Numbered from the stretch's first letter, positions 10,643 to 20,991 are shown. The stretch is DNA of 36,593 bases from Promethearchaeota archaeon (GCA_016930515.1 JAFGGO010000190.1:1-36593); one strand, 5' to 3'. Made by a program: numbers and translations. Notes: generated from the sequence alone by a model not told the origin.

Positions 10643-11470
10643 ATGAATGAAAACGACGAGAGAACTAGCTTTAAAACGAAACTAAACGAATATGCAAAGA
10701 ATTTATTCAAATTTTCTCATTACAGCACGAAAACAAAACTCTATATCATATTGTTTTTGTTCTTAGTAGTCCTTTCTTTAGGTTTGCTATTTTATATGAT
10801 ATTTTTTGATCCAACTATCTTATATAGAATAGTCGTTGAATTTTTTGTGAATCCAATATATCTTTCTGGATTTCTTGGAATATTTCTTTTTATTGGTATT
10901 ATGGCAATACAAGGATTGATTGTACCTTTACCCTCAGAAGTAGTGTTATTCATGACGGGTTTGATATGGGGGTGGGCAATTGGAGGATTCATGGGAATAA
11001 TTGGCTCGATGGCTGCTGGATCTTTGTGTTTTTACATTAGTAGAAAGGGAGGAAGACCATTAGTAGAAAAATTAATTGGAGAGAAAGGAATAGATGTAAT
11101 TGACGAATATATAAGAAAACACGAGATTAAAGCGGTAATTCTCCTAAGATTTATCCCTTTTGTTCCTTTTGATGTTGTTTCTTACGTGTCTGGATTGGTT
11201 GATATAGATTTTAAACGATATTCCTTAGGAACATTCATTGGGTCTATTTTTCGAGCATTTTTTTACTCGATATTAGGATCGATTTTATTGAGTGGTTTGA
11301 ATTTACCAGTAATTTTTGCTGAACTTCCTATCGAGACTATTGATGCACAATCAAATATGTTCAATTTTATACTATTCCTCGTGTTCGCAGTTTTCGCTAT
11401 AATGTTCTTGGCTTATTACTTATTAACCAAAAGAATTAACAAAAAGGAAAAAGAATTAAAAGAATTTTAA
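10643..11470 (+). CDS. TVP38/TMEM64 (DedA/VTT-domain) membrane protein
   Basis: PLPSEV, G..WG...G, RKGGR, LRFIPFVPFDVVSYVSG, Y.LGTFIG; several hydrophobic helices. Confidence 0.88.
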   Translation: MNENDERTSFKTKLNEYAKNLFKFSHYSTKTKLYIILFLFLVVLSLGLLFYMIFFDPTILYRIVVEFFVNPIYLSGFLGIFLFIGIMAIQGLIVPLPSEVVLFMTGLIWGWAIGGFMGIIGSMAAGSLCFYISRKGGRPLVEKLIGEKGIDVIDEYIRKHEIKAVILLRFIPFVPFDVVSYVSGLVDIDFKRYSLGTFIGSIFRAFFYSILGSILLSGLNLPVIFAELPIETIDAQSNMFNFILFLVFAVFAIMFLAYYLLTKRINKKEKELKEF

Positions 11471-11515
11471 ATTATGAATTTTATCATTAGATTAAAGGGA
11501 TTAAATGTTCTTCAT

Positions 11516-12388
11516 TTATTCATTAACTTTTCTTCCCCTTAGCCACGCATCCATAACGAAAGAACTGAAAAGTCGGATGTGATTCTCGTCTTTCGTGTGA
11601 AACGCGAGGAAATTATCGTCTTTATTTCCAATTATCGCTAATAATAATTCTTCTCCGTCGCAATTTATTGAGAAGCGGTCTTCGCCAGAATAATTACGCA
11701 AGGAGATATTGTCAAGACTTAAGAATTCCTCAACTAAATTTGCTTGATCTTCGTCGCTAGGAACGATAAAGCATGATATTTTTAAATTAACAAAATTTCT
11801 TACCTCGTAAAGATGCAAAACTTGCAAATCATCGATTTTTGGTACACAAATCATGACATTATGTTTTGCGTTATTTAGTATTTCTCTCATTTTATCGAGA
11901 ATATCGTTTTTAGAAATTTCAACTTGAGTAAAATCAATGATTTTAGGAACTTTCGCTTCTAATTGTGCTTTTTTTAAAGATTCGTTTTCTAATTCTAACT
12001 TTTCTAACTCTCTATCGGCCTTTCCAAGCTCTTCGTTGAGAATGTTGATTTCCTTGTTTAAGTTTGTTATTTCCGAATTAATACGATTTATTTGGTCTTG
12101 AAGGGTATTTTTATCTTTAAGAACGCTTTCGAGTTCCTTTTCTTTTTCAGATACTATGTGTTCGCTAATAGACGCAGTAGATGTTAATTTTTGAAGTTGT
12201 TCTTCTTTTTGAGAGATGGTTTTTTCCATCGTTTCTATATTACCATCTTTAATTTTTAGTGAACCCTCAAGGGTTTTGATTTGATCGTCCTTTAATGTTA
12301 AGGATTCTTTTAAAGTTTGGATGCTATTTTCAAGAGTTTTAATCAAAGCGTCCTTGGTCGCGAGTTGTTTTTTGAATTCTTCTTCCAT
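11516..12388 (-). CDS. coiled-coil protein with a C-terminal alpha/beta (TrmB-effector/PLD-like) domain
   Basis: About 140 aa of heptad repeats (KDALIKTLENS / KDDQIKTLEGS / KDGNIETMEKT) followed by MREILNNAKHNVMICVP...DGEELLLA, which resembles TrmB C-terminal domains. Confidence 0.6.
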   Translation of the reverse strand: MEEEFKKQLATKDALIKTLENSIQTLKESLTLKDDQIKTLEGSLKIKDGNIETMEKTISQKEEQLQKLTSTASISEHIVSEKEKELESVLKDKNTLQDQINRINSEITNLNKEINILNEELGKADRELEKLELENESLKKAQLEAKVPKIIDFTQVEISKNDILDKMREILNNAKHNVMICVPKIDDLQVLHLYEVRNFVNLKISCFIVPSDEDQANLVEEFLSLDNISLRNYSGEDRFSINCDGEELLLAIIGNKDDNFLAFHTKDENHIRLFSSFVMDAWLRGRKVNE

Positions 12389-12480
12389 AAATTATCACAA
12401 TAATGTAAGTTTTTATAACGAATTAAACACCTTAGAATAAATATTAGTTTATTTCATTATAAATTTAATTTTACTAAAAA

Positions 12481-12939
12481 TTAGATTGTAATAGTCTCTA
12501 ATTTTCCACTTGCGTTTAGCTTAATTAACTCGTTTTTCCCTTGATAGTTATCGGGAAGATTTATATTTGAATCAACGATACAATAAGAAAGCTTGCAATG
12601 TTTTCCGAGAAGAACCTTGTCAAGAAGAATTGTATTAGAAAGTTCACAAAAAGCACCAAGCTCGCTCATTCCCCCAATAACTACATTTGGTCCGAGCAAG
12701 GCTGTATCTCCAATTTTTACGCCAGGTGTTAATATTACAGGCTCAATAAAAGTTGGAAAGTCTCCGATATAACCCTTAATTTTAAGGCCTCTGAGTGTTT
12801 CGTTATTATTTTTTAGTATTTCTTTCAATCTATCAGGTGAATCTTCTCCTGAGTTTATGTGATTTACCTCTGATTTGATTATTTCAAGAGCTTCTGTTAT
12901 ATTTCCATTAGAGAGGGCAGAACTTATTTTATCTTTCAT
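12481..12939 (-). CDS. hexapeptide-repeat (left-handed beta-helix) protein resembling the C-terminal domain of sugar-phosphate nucleotidyltransferases
   Basis: FIEPVILTPGVKIGDTALLGPNVVIGG...LSNTILLDKVLLGKHCKLSYCIV; no nucleotidyltransferase GGxGxRL motif. Confidence 0.7.
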   Translation of the reverse strand: MKDKISSALSNGNITEALEIIKSEVNHINSGEDSPDRLKEILKNNNETLRGLKIKGYIGDFPTFIEPVILTPGVKIGDTALLGPNVVIGGMSELGAFCELSNTILLDKVLLGKHCKLSYCIVDSNINLPDNYQGKNELIKLNASGKLETITI

Positions 12940-13051
12940 TTTATTTTTCTCGAACTTAAAAAATTTTTAGAAGTTTTTAAAGAGAAATGTATTATTCTTC
13001 AAAATATTTTTGATTTCTTAATTTAACATTTAAAAATAAAATTTTTATTGT

Positions 13052-14305
13052 TCATTCAATAATAATTCTCGTGATTTTATCTATTATCTTAAGGGCTCCA
13101 AAATAAGATTCTGAGAAGTTATTCCCTTTAAATAACACACTACATATTGGTGATCCTTTAGTTACGATCATTTCTGGATCAGGTTTATCGAATACGTGAT
13201 CCAAGCCGTTAATTTTATTTATTATCGTTTTGTTAATACTTTTCGGTGAAAAAAAAATAAATTTCGTTGCAAAACATGATGATTTAACTTTTTCTAATTT
13301 CTTCTTTACAGTTTCCCATCCTCCATTTTCAAAACACCTCAAATGGAGATCTACCAAGTTTATTCCCAAAACACATTCAGAGGCGCTTAAAGATCCGGGT
13401 ATTCTTGGATTAATTTCCATCAATAATGGTTGATTGCCGTTCTGTAATACAAAATCGAATCCATTTATTCCCATTAGAGAATATTTTTTACATAAATCAA
13501 TTGCTATCTTTTCAATTTTGACGGTTTGATTTGGAAATAAAGAGCAAGGAACGATATTTCCACAGTACATGAATTCTTGAGGAGAATTTAAAAATTTTTC
13601 TCCAATTATTTGTCGATTAACTGTTAAAACCTTGGCTTCAATACCATTTGAAATGGTTGTACAACTAATAGGTTTCCCCTCGATATACTGTTGAATAATC
13701 CATTGATTCTGATTAAAATCTTCGGTTTTGAGAAGTTTTAATCTATAGTGCAAGGCCGTTTTATTGGGTATTTTATAGATGCTCATTCCTCCCGAACCTT
13801 GTTTCCTTTTTAAAACAACTGGAAAAAAAAATGATTTTGGATCTTTCAGGAAATCTTCTAGAGTTTGGGTTAAGGGCACTTGAATCTGATTTTCTTTCAG
13901 ATAATCATATATCCGCTCAATATCACGAGCTTTCATTATTGTGTCGTTTGAATTATTGGCATAAATTGCTTGATATTCATTTTGTTCTATATAATCCACT
14001 ATTTTCTGTCTTTCTTCGATATCATCATCTAAACCACTGCCAATAACGATATATTTAATATTTTCGTGTTTTTTCAAGAGTTCAATTGAAAGACCCGCTA
14101 ATAGCTTGTGATAAACAATTTTAGCACATTCGTAGTCAGAATTTATTTCTTTAATAATGATTTTGTAATCAATCACATGAGGAAATAAATCTAAATCTCC
14201 AAAAAAATCGACTGTGCATACATCATACCCAGATTTATGTAAAGATTTAACAATCGGACGAGAATTGAATCCTATTATTAAAACGCTATTTTCCTTTCCC
14301 TTCAT
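13052..14305 (-). CDS. ATP-grasp domain protein (archaeal COG2232-like)
   Basis: N-terminal IIGFNSRP..VDFFGDLD, VVLKRKQGSGG, IIQQYIEG, YCGNIVP, GINGFDF, MEINPR; likely start is ATG 14305 (MKGKENSV). Confidence 0.85.
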   Translation of the reverse strand: MKGKENSVLIIGFNSRPIVKSLHKSGYDVCTVDFFGDLDLFPHVIDYKIIIKEINSDYECAKIVYHKLLAGLSIELLKKHENIKYIVIGSGLDDDIEERQKIVDYIEQNEYQAIYANNSNDTIMKARDIERIYDYLKENQIQVPLTQTLEDFLKDPKSFFFPVVLKRKQGSGGMSIYKIPNKTALHYRLKLLKTEDFNQNQWIIQQYIEGKPISCTTISNGIEAKVLTVNRQIIGEKFLNSPQEFMYCGNIVPCSLFPNQTVKIEKIAIDLCKKYSLMGINGFDFVLQNGNQPLLMEINPRIPGSLSASECVLGINLVDLHLRCFENGGWETVKKKLEKVKSSCFATKFIFFSPKSINKTIINKINGLDHVFDKPDPEMIVTKGSPICSVLFKGNNFSESYFGALKIIDKITRIIIE

Positions 14306-14373
14306 TATTAAGTAAAACCTTAGATTGTTTAAAGAAATTTTCTTGGGTTTTTTTAACAATATTCAAAAAAAAA

Positions 14374-14640
14374 TCAGATACATATTTTGCTATAATATTT
14401 GCCGCTTCTTTGCATATATCGTGACTTTATTTCTTCGTAGGTTTCCCGCATTGGCTTATCGGAACGATCGTGCCCTCTCTGATACCATAATAAACAGGAA
14501 AAGGATTCTGATAAAATCGGAATAAAAAATTTAAAATTTTTGTGATTTAAATCATATCCATGATTTAAAACCAAAAATGGACTGCTTCCCTCAATTTCGT
14601 ACCAAATATGCGTTCCATCTGATAATTTTATAAATGGCAT
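14374..14640 (-). pseudogene. truncated alpha/beta-hydrolase remnant
   Basis: MPFIKLSDGTHIWYEIEG..LVLNHG and a degraded DxRGHGxS motif (WYQRGHDRSDKP); ends at 88 aa, before any GxSxG nucleophile elbow. Confidence 0.7.
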
Positions 14641-14748
14641 TTTAATTAAATCCTAATCAATTCTAATAATTAATTATTTTTGTTGCTTAATCAAATATAG
14701 TTAATTTAAATATTCAATATTAAATAATGTTGAAATATATATCTTCTT

Positions 14749-15639
14749 ATGAGCATAATTTCTCGCAAGTTACAAAAAATCAATAAGTCGTATTTCGTGA
14801 GCTTGCCTAAAACTTGGATAAAAAACCTTAATTTAGACAAGAACTCCATCATCGACATGCTCGTATGCGACGACGGTTCGATTAAAATTTCTCCTAAATT
14901 TGAAAAACAAGAACAAGCGCTTGACGAAATAATCCTCCAGTCAAGCAGGTATGTGGCAAGAGACATCGTAAAATATTGCCTTTCGGGAGTGGAAAAAATT
15001 ATTATTGTATCGAAAGAAGATTTTCAAGGAGAAATATGTAAGGATATTCTTTGGTTCGTGAATCACCTTCCAAATGCCGAAATCATTGAAAGAGATAAAA
15101 GAAGAATAATTGTGAGTAATTTTGGCTATAAACGAATTCCAACAAGAAAAATAATTCAAAGACTACTTTATCTAATCTGTGAAATATTTGAAAACATCCA
15201 AAAAGAGCAACCTACTGAATTGAAAAACAATTTTGACAGCGTGAGGCGACTTTATTTCGTATTAGTAACTCATATACGGACATATCTAAGGACTGGATTA
15301 TATGTATCAGAGGATAGAACATTTACACCGTTAGAAGCAATGGATTATAGAATGTTTTGCGAGAAAATAGAACGAATTGGATTAATACTACGCGATTTTA
15401 TATATATAAAAGGAGAATACAATGGATTTTTCGCTAAGGTTGAAGAGTTTTTTACAGAAGTAATGGATGCGTTCTTAAAGAAAAATTACCAAAAGGCTTG
15501 TGAAGCTTGGTTCAAAAGAGATGATTTAGTTCAACAAGCCCAAGAACTTTCTGAAGGCATGAATTGCGAAAAAAAAGTAAAATTAAACCAACTTTTAACA
15601 ATAATTGAATATTGTAAAGATATGGCAGATCTTATCTGA
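14749..15639 (+). CDS. AbrB/SpoVT-domain PhoU-like regulator (archaeal phosphate uptake regulator family)
   Basis: RKLQKINKSYFVSLPKTW...DGSIKISP AbrB domain, then a helical PhoU-like region (RRLYF, EKIERIG, IEYCKDMADL). Confidence 0.85.
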   Translation: MSIISRKLQKINKSYFVSLPKTWIKNLNLDKNSIIDMLVCDDGSIKISPKFEKQEQALDEIILQSSRYVARDIVKYCLSGVEKIIIVSKEDFQGEICKDILWFVNHLPNAEIIERDKRRIIVSNFGYKRIPTRKIIQRLLYLICEIFENIQKEQPTELKNNFDSVRRLYFVLVTHIRTYLRTGLYVSEDRTFTPLEAMDYRMFCEKIERIGLILRDFIYIKGEYNGFFAKVEEFFTEVMDAFLKKNYQKACEAWFKRDDLVQQAQELSEGMNCEKKVKLNQLLTIIEYCKDMADLI

Positions 15640-15654
15640 AATTACTAAAAAAGG

Positions 15655-17859
15655 TTATAATATTTTTTTAAGGTTCAATATTAAAGAAGATGGATTGTAT
15701 TTGTCAAATTGATATATCTCAGCTTTAGCAAAATCTTTTAAATTCTTCTTGATGAGATCGGCAGAATATGTGTGAACCCCTAAGGCTTGAGTTGCATAAG
15801 ATTTTTTTGGCTCAAGTACAACGGTGTGTATTTTCTGTTTGGCAAGTTTTTTGGACCAATCTTTTAATTCTTCGACAATAAGTAGGTAATCAGATTCGAC
15901 TTGCGCAACTAATTCGGGATATTTTACCGAAATATTCGCACCACAATCAGAGCAGATAAATATTACAGGAATGACATTCCTATTCTTTAATCGTTCTACT
16001 TTTATTAGTTCCGTGCACTTTTTGAGAGCAGAAGCCATAGGCGTGTATGATTTACCTTCTAAATTCTTTAACTTAGTTGCAGCATTTTTAAAATATACGG
16101 TAGGTTTTTGTAATACGATTGAATCTTTTCCCCTAAAAACGATAAGAGAAATTTTATCCTTTTTTCGATATCCTTCTTTTTGAAGAGATAAAATGACATC
16201 AGTCATTTGTTTTATGACGTAATACATAGAGGCTGAGCTATCTAGGACGAAAAAAAGAGCTAATGGGGCTCGATATTCATATATTTTATCCATGATATCG
16301 TGCTTATCGAAGCGAATGGGGTATTTTATTTCGGAATGGTTGTAGACAATGTTTTCCAAATATTTTCTAATAGTTGCATCCAATGCAATGCTTTTCGGGT
16401 GGTTAATAGGTTTTCTAAATGACACGTACCTCCCTTTCAGAGAAGAAGCCATCTTAATGCGCCTTCCTATGCCTCGACCACCGTAATTTGAAATTCTCTT
16501 GTCTTTTCGAATGTTGTCTAATATAGAAACCATTTTTTTTTCCATCTTATAAATAAATGGAACGATTTGAGCCTCGTTCCAGTAAAGATCAGTGATATTT
16601 TCTTCAAAGGGTAGATTTTTTACCTTCCATCCACCAGCAGGAGTTGATTTTTGCTTTTTTTCAGGTTCTTTAAGTGGAGGAGGTAATTTCTGTTCCTTAG
16701 TTTCTGGAATGTCCAATTTCTTGGGATCGACCTGTTGTCGCTTGAATTCCTCGTATTGCTTGTCCGAGTGACGCAAGGGCCCTTCCGTTTCTGGATTGGG
16801 CTTGTAAATATCTTCGTTTTCATAGACTTCCTTGATCTTTCCAAACACTTCTGCGATTTTGGTTTCTATTTCTTTGGGCGTTAATTCATAGTGGAGAGAT
16901 TGGATGCGGTGTTCAAAAACGAGATCCATCGCCACATTAATATCTTCCTCAGCAATCGAGATTCTATTATTGAGTGCTGCGTGGGCTCGTGCACACCTAA
17001 TAAATGTAATATCTGCTCTTTGAGAAAATACCCCCAATTCATTTACTATTTTAGAAACCATTTCGTAGACAGCGTGGGGAATAACAACTTTCTTGAGAAT
17101 TTCTCGGGCTTTGGCAATTTTCTGACGGAGTTCTTCCTGCTTGTTATTAAATTTTTGTATGAAATTCTTCGGTTCATCGTTAAATTCTATAACTCTTTTA
17201 GTAATTTCTGCCCGGAGATTAGAATCGTCTGGAGCCTCAATTCTCACTTCCAATCCTAGCCTGTCAGCAATTTGTGGTCGAAGTTCTCCTTCTTCGGGGT
17301 TCATGGAACCTACTAGTACGAACCTCGATGGATGGCTGACAGATATACCTTCTCTTTCAATGATATTAATTCCCGATGCTGAAGCATCCAATAAAACATC
17401 TACTATATGATCTTGAAGCAAGTTAATCTCGTCCACATATAATATCCCTCGATTTGCCTTGGCAAGTAAACCAGGATGCAAGCTCTTTATACCTTCCGAG
17501 AGTACTTTATCGATAGAAAGCGATCCACAAACCATGTCCTCAGTGACGCCAAGGGGAAGGTTCACGATTTTCATTTCTTTTAATTCAGTTTCAAGTTTGC
17601 CTTTAGAAATCGTTTCCCTGCATTTTTCACATAAATCATTGACATCGGAATTAGGATCGCACGAAAACTCGCAATTTTTCGAAACAGTTATCTTTGGCAT
17701 GACTTCTACGAGCGACCTGACTGCTGTAGATTTACCCGTTCCCTGGTGGCCAGTTAAAAGCACGCCTCCGATTTGGGGGTCGATAACATTCAAGATTAAC
17801 CCCATTTTCATCTTGTTCTGTCCCAAAATTGCAGTGAATGGAAAATTAATTTTTTTCAT
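15655..17859 (-). CDS. magnesium/cobalt chelatase-type AAA+ ATPase fused to a vWA domain (ChlI/ChlD-like)
   Basis: FPFTAILGQ, Walker A GHQGTGKS, PGLLAKANRGILYVDEINLL, MNPEEGELRPQ; Pro/Lys/Glu-rich linker; vWA MIDAS VLDSSASM and TPMASAL. Confidence 0.9.
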   Translation of the reverse strand: MKKINFPFTAILGQNKMKMGLILNVIDPQIGGVLLTGHQGTGKSTAVRSLVEVMPKITVSKNCEFSCDPNSDVNDLCEKCRETISKGKLETELKEMKIVNLPLGVTEDMVCGSLSIDKVLSEGIKSLHPGLLAKANRGILYVDEINLLQDHIVDVLLDASASGINIIEREGISVSHPSRFVLVGSMNPEEGELRPQIADRLGLEVRIEAPDDSNLRAEITKRVIEFNDEPKNFIQKFNNKQEELRQKIAKAREILKKVVIPHAVYEMVSKIVNELGVFSQRADITFIRCARAHAALNNRISIAEEDINVAMDLVFEHRIQSLHYELTPKEIETKIAEVFGKIKEVYENEDIYKPNPETEGPLRHSDKQYEEFKRQQVDPKKLDIPETKEQKLPPPLKEPEKKQKSTPAGGWKVKNLPFEENITDLYWNEAQIVPFIYKMEKKMVSILDNIRKDKRISNYGGRGIGRRIKMASSLKGRYVSFRKPINHPKSIALDATIRKYLENIVYNHSEIKYPIRFDKHDIMDKIYEYRAPLALFFVLDSSASMYYVIKQMTDVILSLQKEGYRKKDKISLIVFRGKDSIVLQKPTVYFKNAATKLKNLEGKSYTPMASALKKCTELIKVERLKNRNVIPVIFICSDCGANISVKYPELVAQVESDYLLIVEELKDWSKKLAKQKIHTVVLEPKKSYATQALGVHTYSADLIKKNLKDFAKAEIYQFDKYNPSSLILNLKKIL

Positions 17860-18112
17860 TATGATAATTCAGCTTGATTCTATTGTATAATAATAGAAAA
17901 AACAGAATTTCACTTAAAATTTCTCTTTTCTGAATTATTTTTAATTTTAAACTAATTTGATAGATAAAAAAGAAAATCATTATGAATCTCTTAAACATAA
18001 ACAATGTCTTTAAAGACAAAATTCTTACATACAAGACAAAAAGCTTTCAAGTTTATTTAATAAATCAATTACATTTCTCTTCAATTGAAAATAGAACATT
18101 ATTTTCTGATGA

Positions 18113-19480
18113 GTGTCTGTGAAAGGGAAAAAAATATTAATATTGAATATAATATCAATTTCTTTTTTAATAAGCTTGATTTTTAGTATAAATTTTTTAA
18201 TATCCTTAAATAGAATTACTCACAACAATATATCTATCAATTCAAATATCGTTAACGAGGAATCTTGGACGAAAGTCTTGGATGTTAATGGAAAAGCGAT
18301 TTCGATAGCGAATGATACGGAAAATAATATTTATATTCTCTATTATTTACATTCAGGGGGATATTTTTTAGAAAAGTATAATTCTTCGGGACACGCTATC
18401 TTTTCAAAAGAGTTAGGATATCCTGCGATCGATATTTCTGTGGATATTTCTAACAATCTCTATATATTAGCATTTTCTTTTCTCATAAAGCTTGATGATA
18501 TGGGCACTCAATTATGGAATAAAACTCTAGATTTTGAATCAAATGGATTAGATATGGTTTTTGATACGCTAAATAACATTTACATATTAGGATACTCCTT
18601 TATAATAAAGTTTGACAACAATGGAAATCATTTATGGAATATATCAATACCGAGAGCATCGTATGGTTTAGATTATAAGGGAAACATAATAACGCTTGAT
18701 TCTTCGGATAACATCATTATCTCGAGTATAAGTGATTATGACTATTCAATGATATCAAAATATGATATATCTGGAATTCAACAATGGACATTTAATTTTT
18801 CTAAAGGAGCTATAAGTGATTTAGCATTGGATAAAAAAGATAATATTATCGTTGTCTCCAATCAGATCGTGATCAAGTACGACAATAAATGCAATCAACT
18901 CTGGAACTATAGCATAGAAGGTGGTTATTCTAGCATGTTTAATTATGAGTCTACATCCTTGAGCATTGATTCATCGGAAAATGTGTATGTTGCTACTAAT
19001 TTAAAAATCGATAATAGAGATCCTGATATTTTATTTGGATACTTTCTTCAAGGAATAACATCATATGAATTTGGAATTTTTTTGTATAAGTTCAATAATA
19101 CGGGAGGATTATCGTGGAATTGGAGAATTACGGGATGTTATTATTCCTGGAATAACGAAATGATACTTGATTCTGAAGATAATTTATATATCTATGGAGG
19201 GAAATTACCCAATGAGATGATTATATACAAAAATCCGATAGAATTTAACGGAAATTGCGTTCATCAGACATATTTATCGCTCTTGTTTGTATGTCCATTT
19301 ATAACATTATTGATCGGTGTTTCAATACATTTTTATAAAAATCATAAAATCAAAAAAGCTAAAACAGAAAATTACATAATTAATCTCAAGAAACGAAAAC
19401 CAGATTTGAACGTAAAAAAATATTTAGAAAAGAGGCGCGATTTACAACATCATTTGAGGGTCTTTAAGCGAGATTTATAA
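18113..19480 (+). CDS. membrane-anchored beta-propeller (SBBP-like repeat) surface protein
   Basis: N-terminal hydrophobic helix, about 7 repeats of D(S/T)xxNIYI..IKYDxxGxxLWN, C-terminal TM helix and basic tail. Confidence 0.75.
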   Translation: MSVKGKKILILNIISISFLISLIFSINFLISLNRITHNNISINSNIVNEESWTKVLDVNGKAISIANDTENNIYILYYLHSGGYFLEKYNSSGHAIFSKELGYPAIDISVDISNNLYILAFSFLIKLDDMGTQLWNKTLDFESNGLDMVFDTLNNIYILGYSFIIKFDNNGNHLWNISIPRASYGLDYKGNIITLDSSDNIIISSISDYDYSMISKYDISGIQQWTFNFSKGAISDLALDKKDNIIVVSNQIVIKYDNKCNQLWNYSIEGGYSSMFNYESTSLSIDSSENVYVATNLKIDNRDPDILFGYFLQGITSYEFGIFLYKFNNTGGLSWNWRITGCYYSWNNEMILDSEDNLYIYGGKLPNEMIIYKNPIEFNGNCVHQTYLSLLFVCPFITLLIGVSIHFYKNHKIKKAKTENYIINLKKRKPDLNVKKYLEKRRDLQHHLRVFKRDL

Positions 19481-19496
19481 AATTACATCACGAAGA

Positions 19497-20465
19497 TCAG
19501 AATTTCTTGGCAATCTCGTTTAGGGTTGAATCCAACTTGCCAACCGTGGTTTCCCAGCGATTTATAATTTCGTCAATTCTTGGAATCATGGATTCTCGCT
19601 CCTTGAATTCAAGATAATCCTTGAATTCCTTTATGTTTTCTAGCTTTTCTGTAGTATCTGTCACGTATTTATAGATATCTCTTTTCTGTGCCTCGAGGAC
19701 TTCGTGAACTCTTGCTTGTTCTCCTTTTCTTACTAATGTTTGGAGATATTCGTCAAGACCTTGTAATTGTGCAGTTAATTTATTTATCATGTTCTCAACG
19801 GTAGATTCGTATGTCTCAACCACATTTTCTTTGGGCAAGTTCATAGTAACATCAACGACGAATTTTTGCATTTGCACGAGCATTTCTTCGAGGCTGTCGA
19901 AACCTTGTATTTCAAAATCGATCTCGGAATAGGATGCTTGGATGCCTTTTTCTACATCGTCGAGTCGATATATTTTAAAACCAGGGTCGTTCTTAAGCTT
20001 GATGTCGGGGTCTCCTTTCTTGTCAGCGGGTTCAATCTGGCGAGTGAGGCGTAGGGGATTAAAAACTAAGGATATCGCTAAGGGATTGTTCGTTTGATAG
20101 CTAAGGGTTGTCCTGATATCTATGTGGCTCATCATTATTTTAAAACCCGGATGCGTATGCCACCAACCGATCGTAAACTCGGGAGGGTCCCTGCAGATGG
20201 CCTCGTCATCTATAAGTGCTAGGCTGAGATAATCCTCGTCCGTCCACTTATATTGATCGATTACTGCGTCCTTGTCTAATTCTTGGTGCATGATGGGGTA
20301 AGCTTCTGTTACAATTACCTTCGCTTTATTGCCTTTTCCCTCGTTCCGTCCAATAAATATCCCGCTGACTTCTAACCAATCGTCCCGTGGTATCTTGGCG
20401 TTGGCAAATCTCACGGCGGCCGCAACAATGGTCTTATACACCTTTTTAGGAATGATGACTGACAT
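19497..20465 (-). CDS. JAB1/MPN (JAMM) metalloprotease, Rpn11/CSN5-like, with a helical C-terminal tail
   Basis: EVSGIFIG, EAYPI, GWWHTHPGFKIMMSHID (intact E..HxHx7Sx2D), LVFNP, GFKIYRL; about 130 aa amphipathic helical tail. Confidence 0.88.
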   Translation of the reverse strand: MSVIIPKKVYKTIVAAAVRFANAKIPRDDWLEVSGIFIGRNEGKGNKAKVIVTEAYPIMHQELDKDAVIDQYKWTDEDYLSLALIDDEAICRDPPEFTIGWWHTHPGFKIMMSHIDIRTTLSYQTNNPLAISLVFNPLRLTRQIEPADKKGDPDIKLKNDPGFKIYRLDDVEKGIQASYSEIDFEIQGFDSLEEMLVQMQKFVVDVTMNLPKENVVETYESTVENMINKLTAQLQGLDEYLQTLVRKGEQARVHEVLEAQKRDIYKYVTDTTEKLENIKEFKDYLEFKERESMIPRIDEIINRWETTVGKLDSTLNEIAKKF

Positions 20466-20991
20466 GTTTCGATCACATTTTAGTTTTAATCATAATAATG
20501 GTTTCAATATTTAATGTTTTCCAAAAGGAAACATTAATGATTCCCAGCGATTCGTCGTAATACATAGGATAATTAGTTGAAGTGTTAAAATGATTTATAT
20601 ATTCTCTTGATATTATCCGTAATTCAATAATTGGAAAAATATCAGCTTGATCTCTAAAAGAAATAACTCTATATTGGTCAATACCCGTGCTTAAAAACTA
20701 TAATTCACAACTTCCACTAGTTTAATTATCAAAATTTGTCTATATCCTTGGACACCCACTGCTTCTAATATAATGTATTGATAAACATAAAAATCCAACT
20801 TAAATCCTTTTTTTTACATAACTTATAAAAATAAGAAGTGAGCATTTATTAGGTATTTATACTAATAATTGTTTATATTTGATTATTAGAAGAATTTTGT
20901 TAAATTTATAAAATCCGAATCCTATTAAAATAGTAATAATTAATGATAAAAAACCTAGAAAAAAAACTAATTCAAAGGAGTAAAAACAATC

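Noticed and set aside
11516-12388. Smc/chromosome-partition annotation for coiled-coil proteins (also the MPN tails)
   Set aside because: No Walker A/B, ABC signature or hinge; only generic heptad similarity
14306-14359. N-terminal extension of the ATP-grasp ORF
   Set aside because: TTG start in AT-rich sequence; family similarity begins just after ATG 14305
16891-17890. Several plus-strand ORFs of 89-143 aa inside the chelatase gene, and similar short antisense ORFs throughout the window
   Set aside because: Shadow ORFs opposite well-supported genes, with no motifs
20466-20991. 525-bp intergenic region as a possible replication origin or small-RNA locus
   Set aside because: No ORB-like repeats, no cdc6/orc1 neighbour and no clear stems; consistent with divergent promoters
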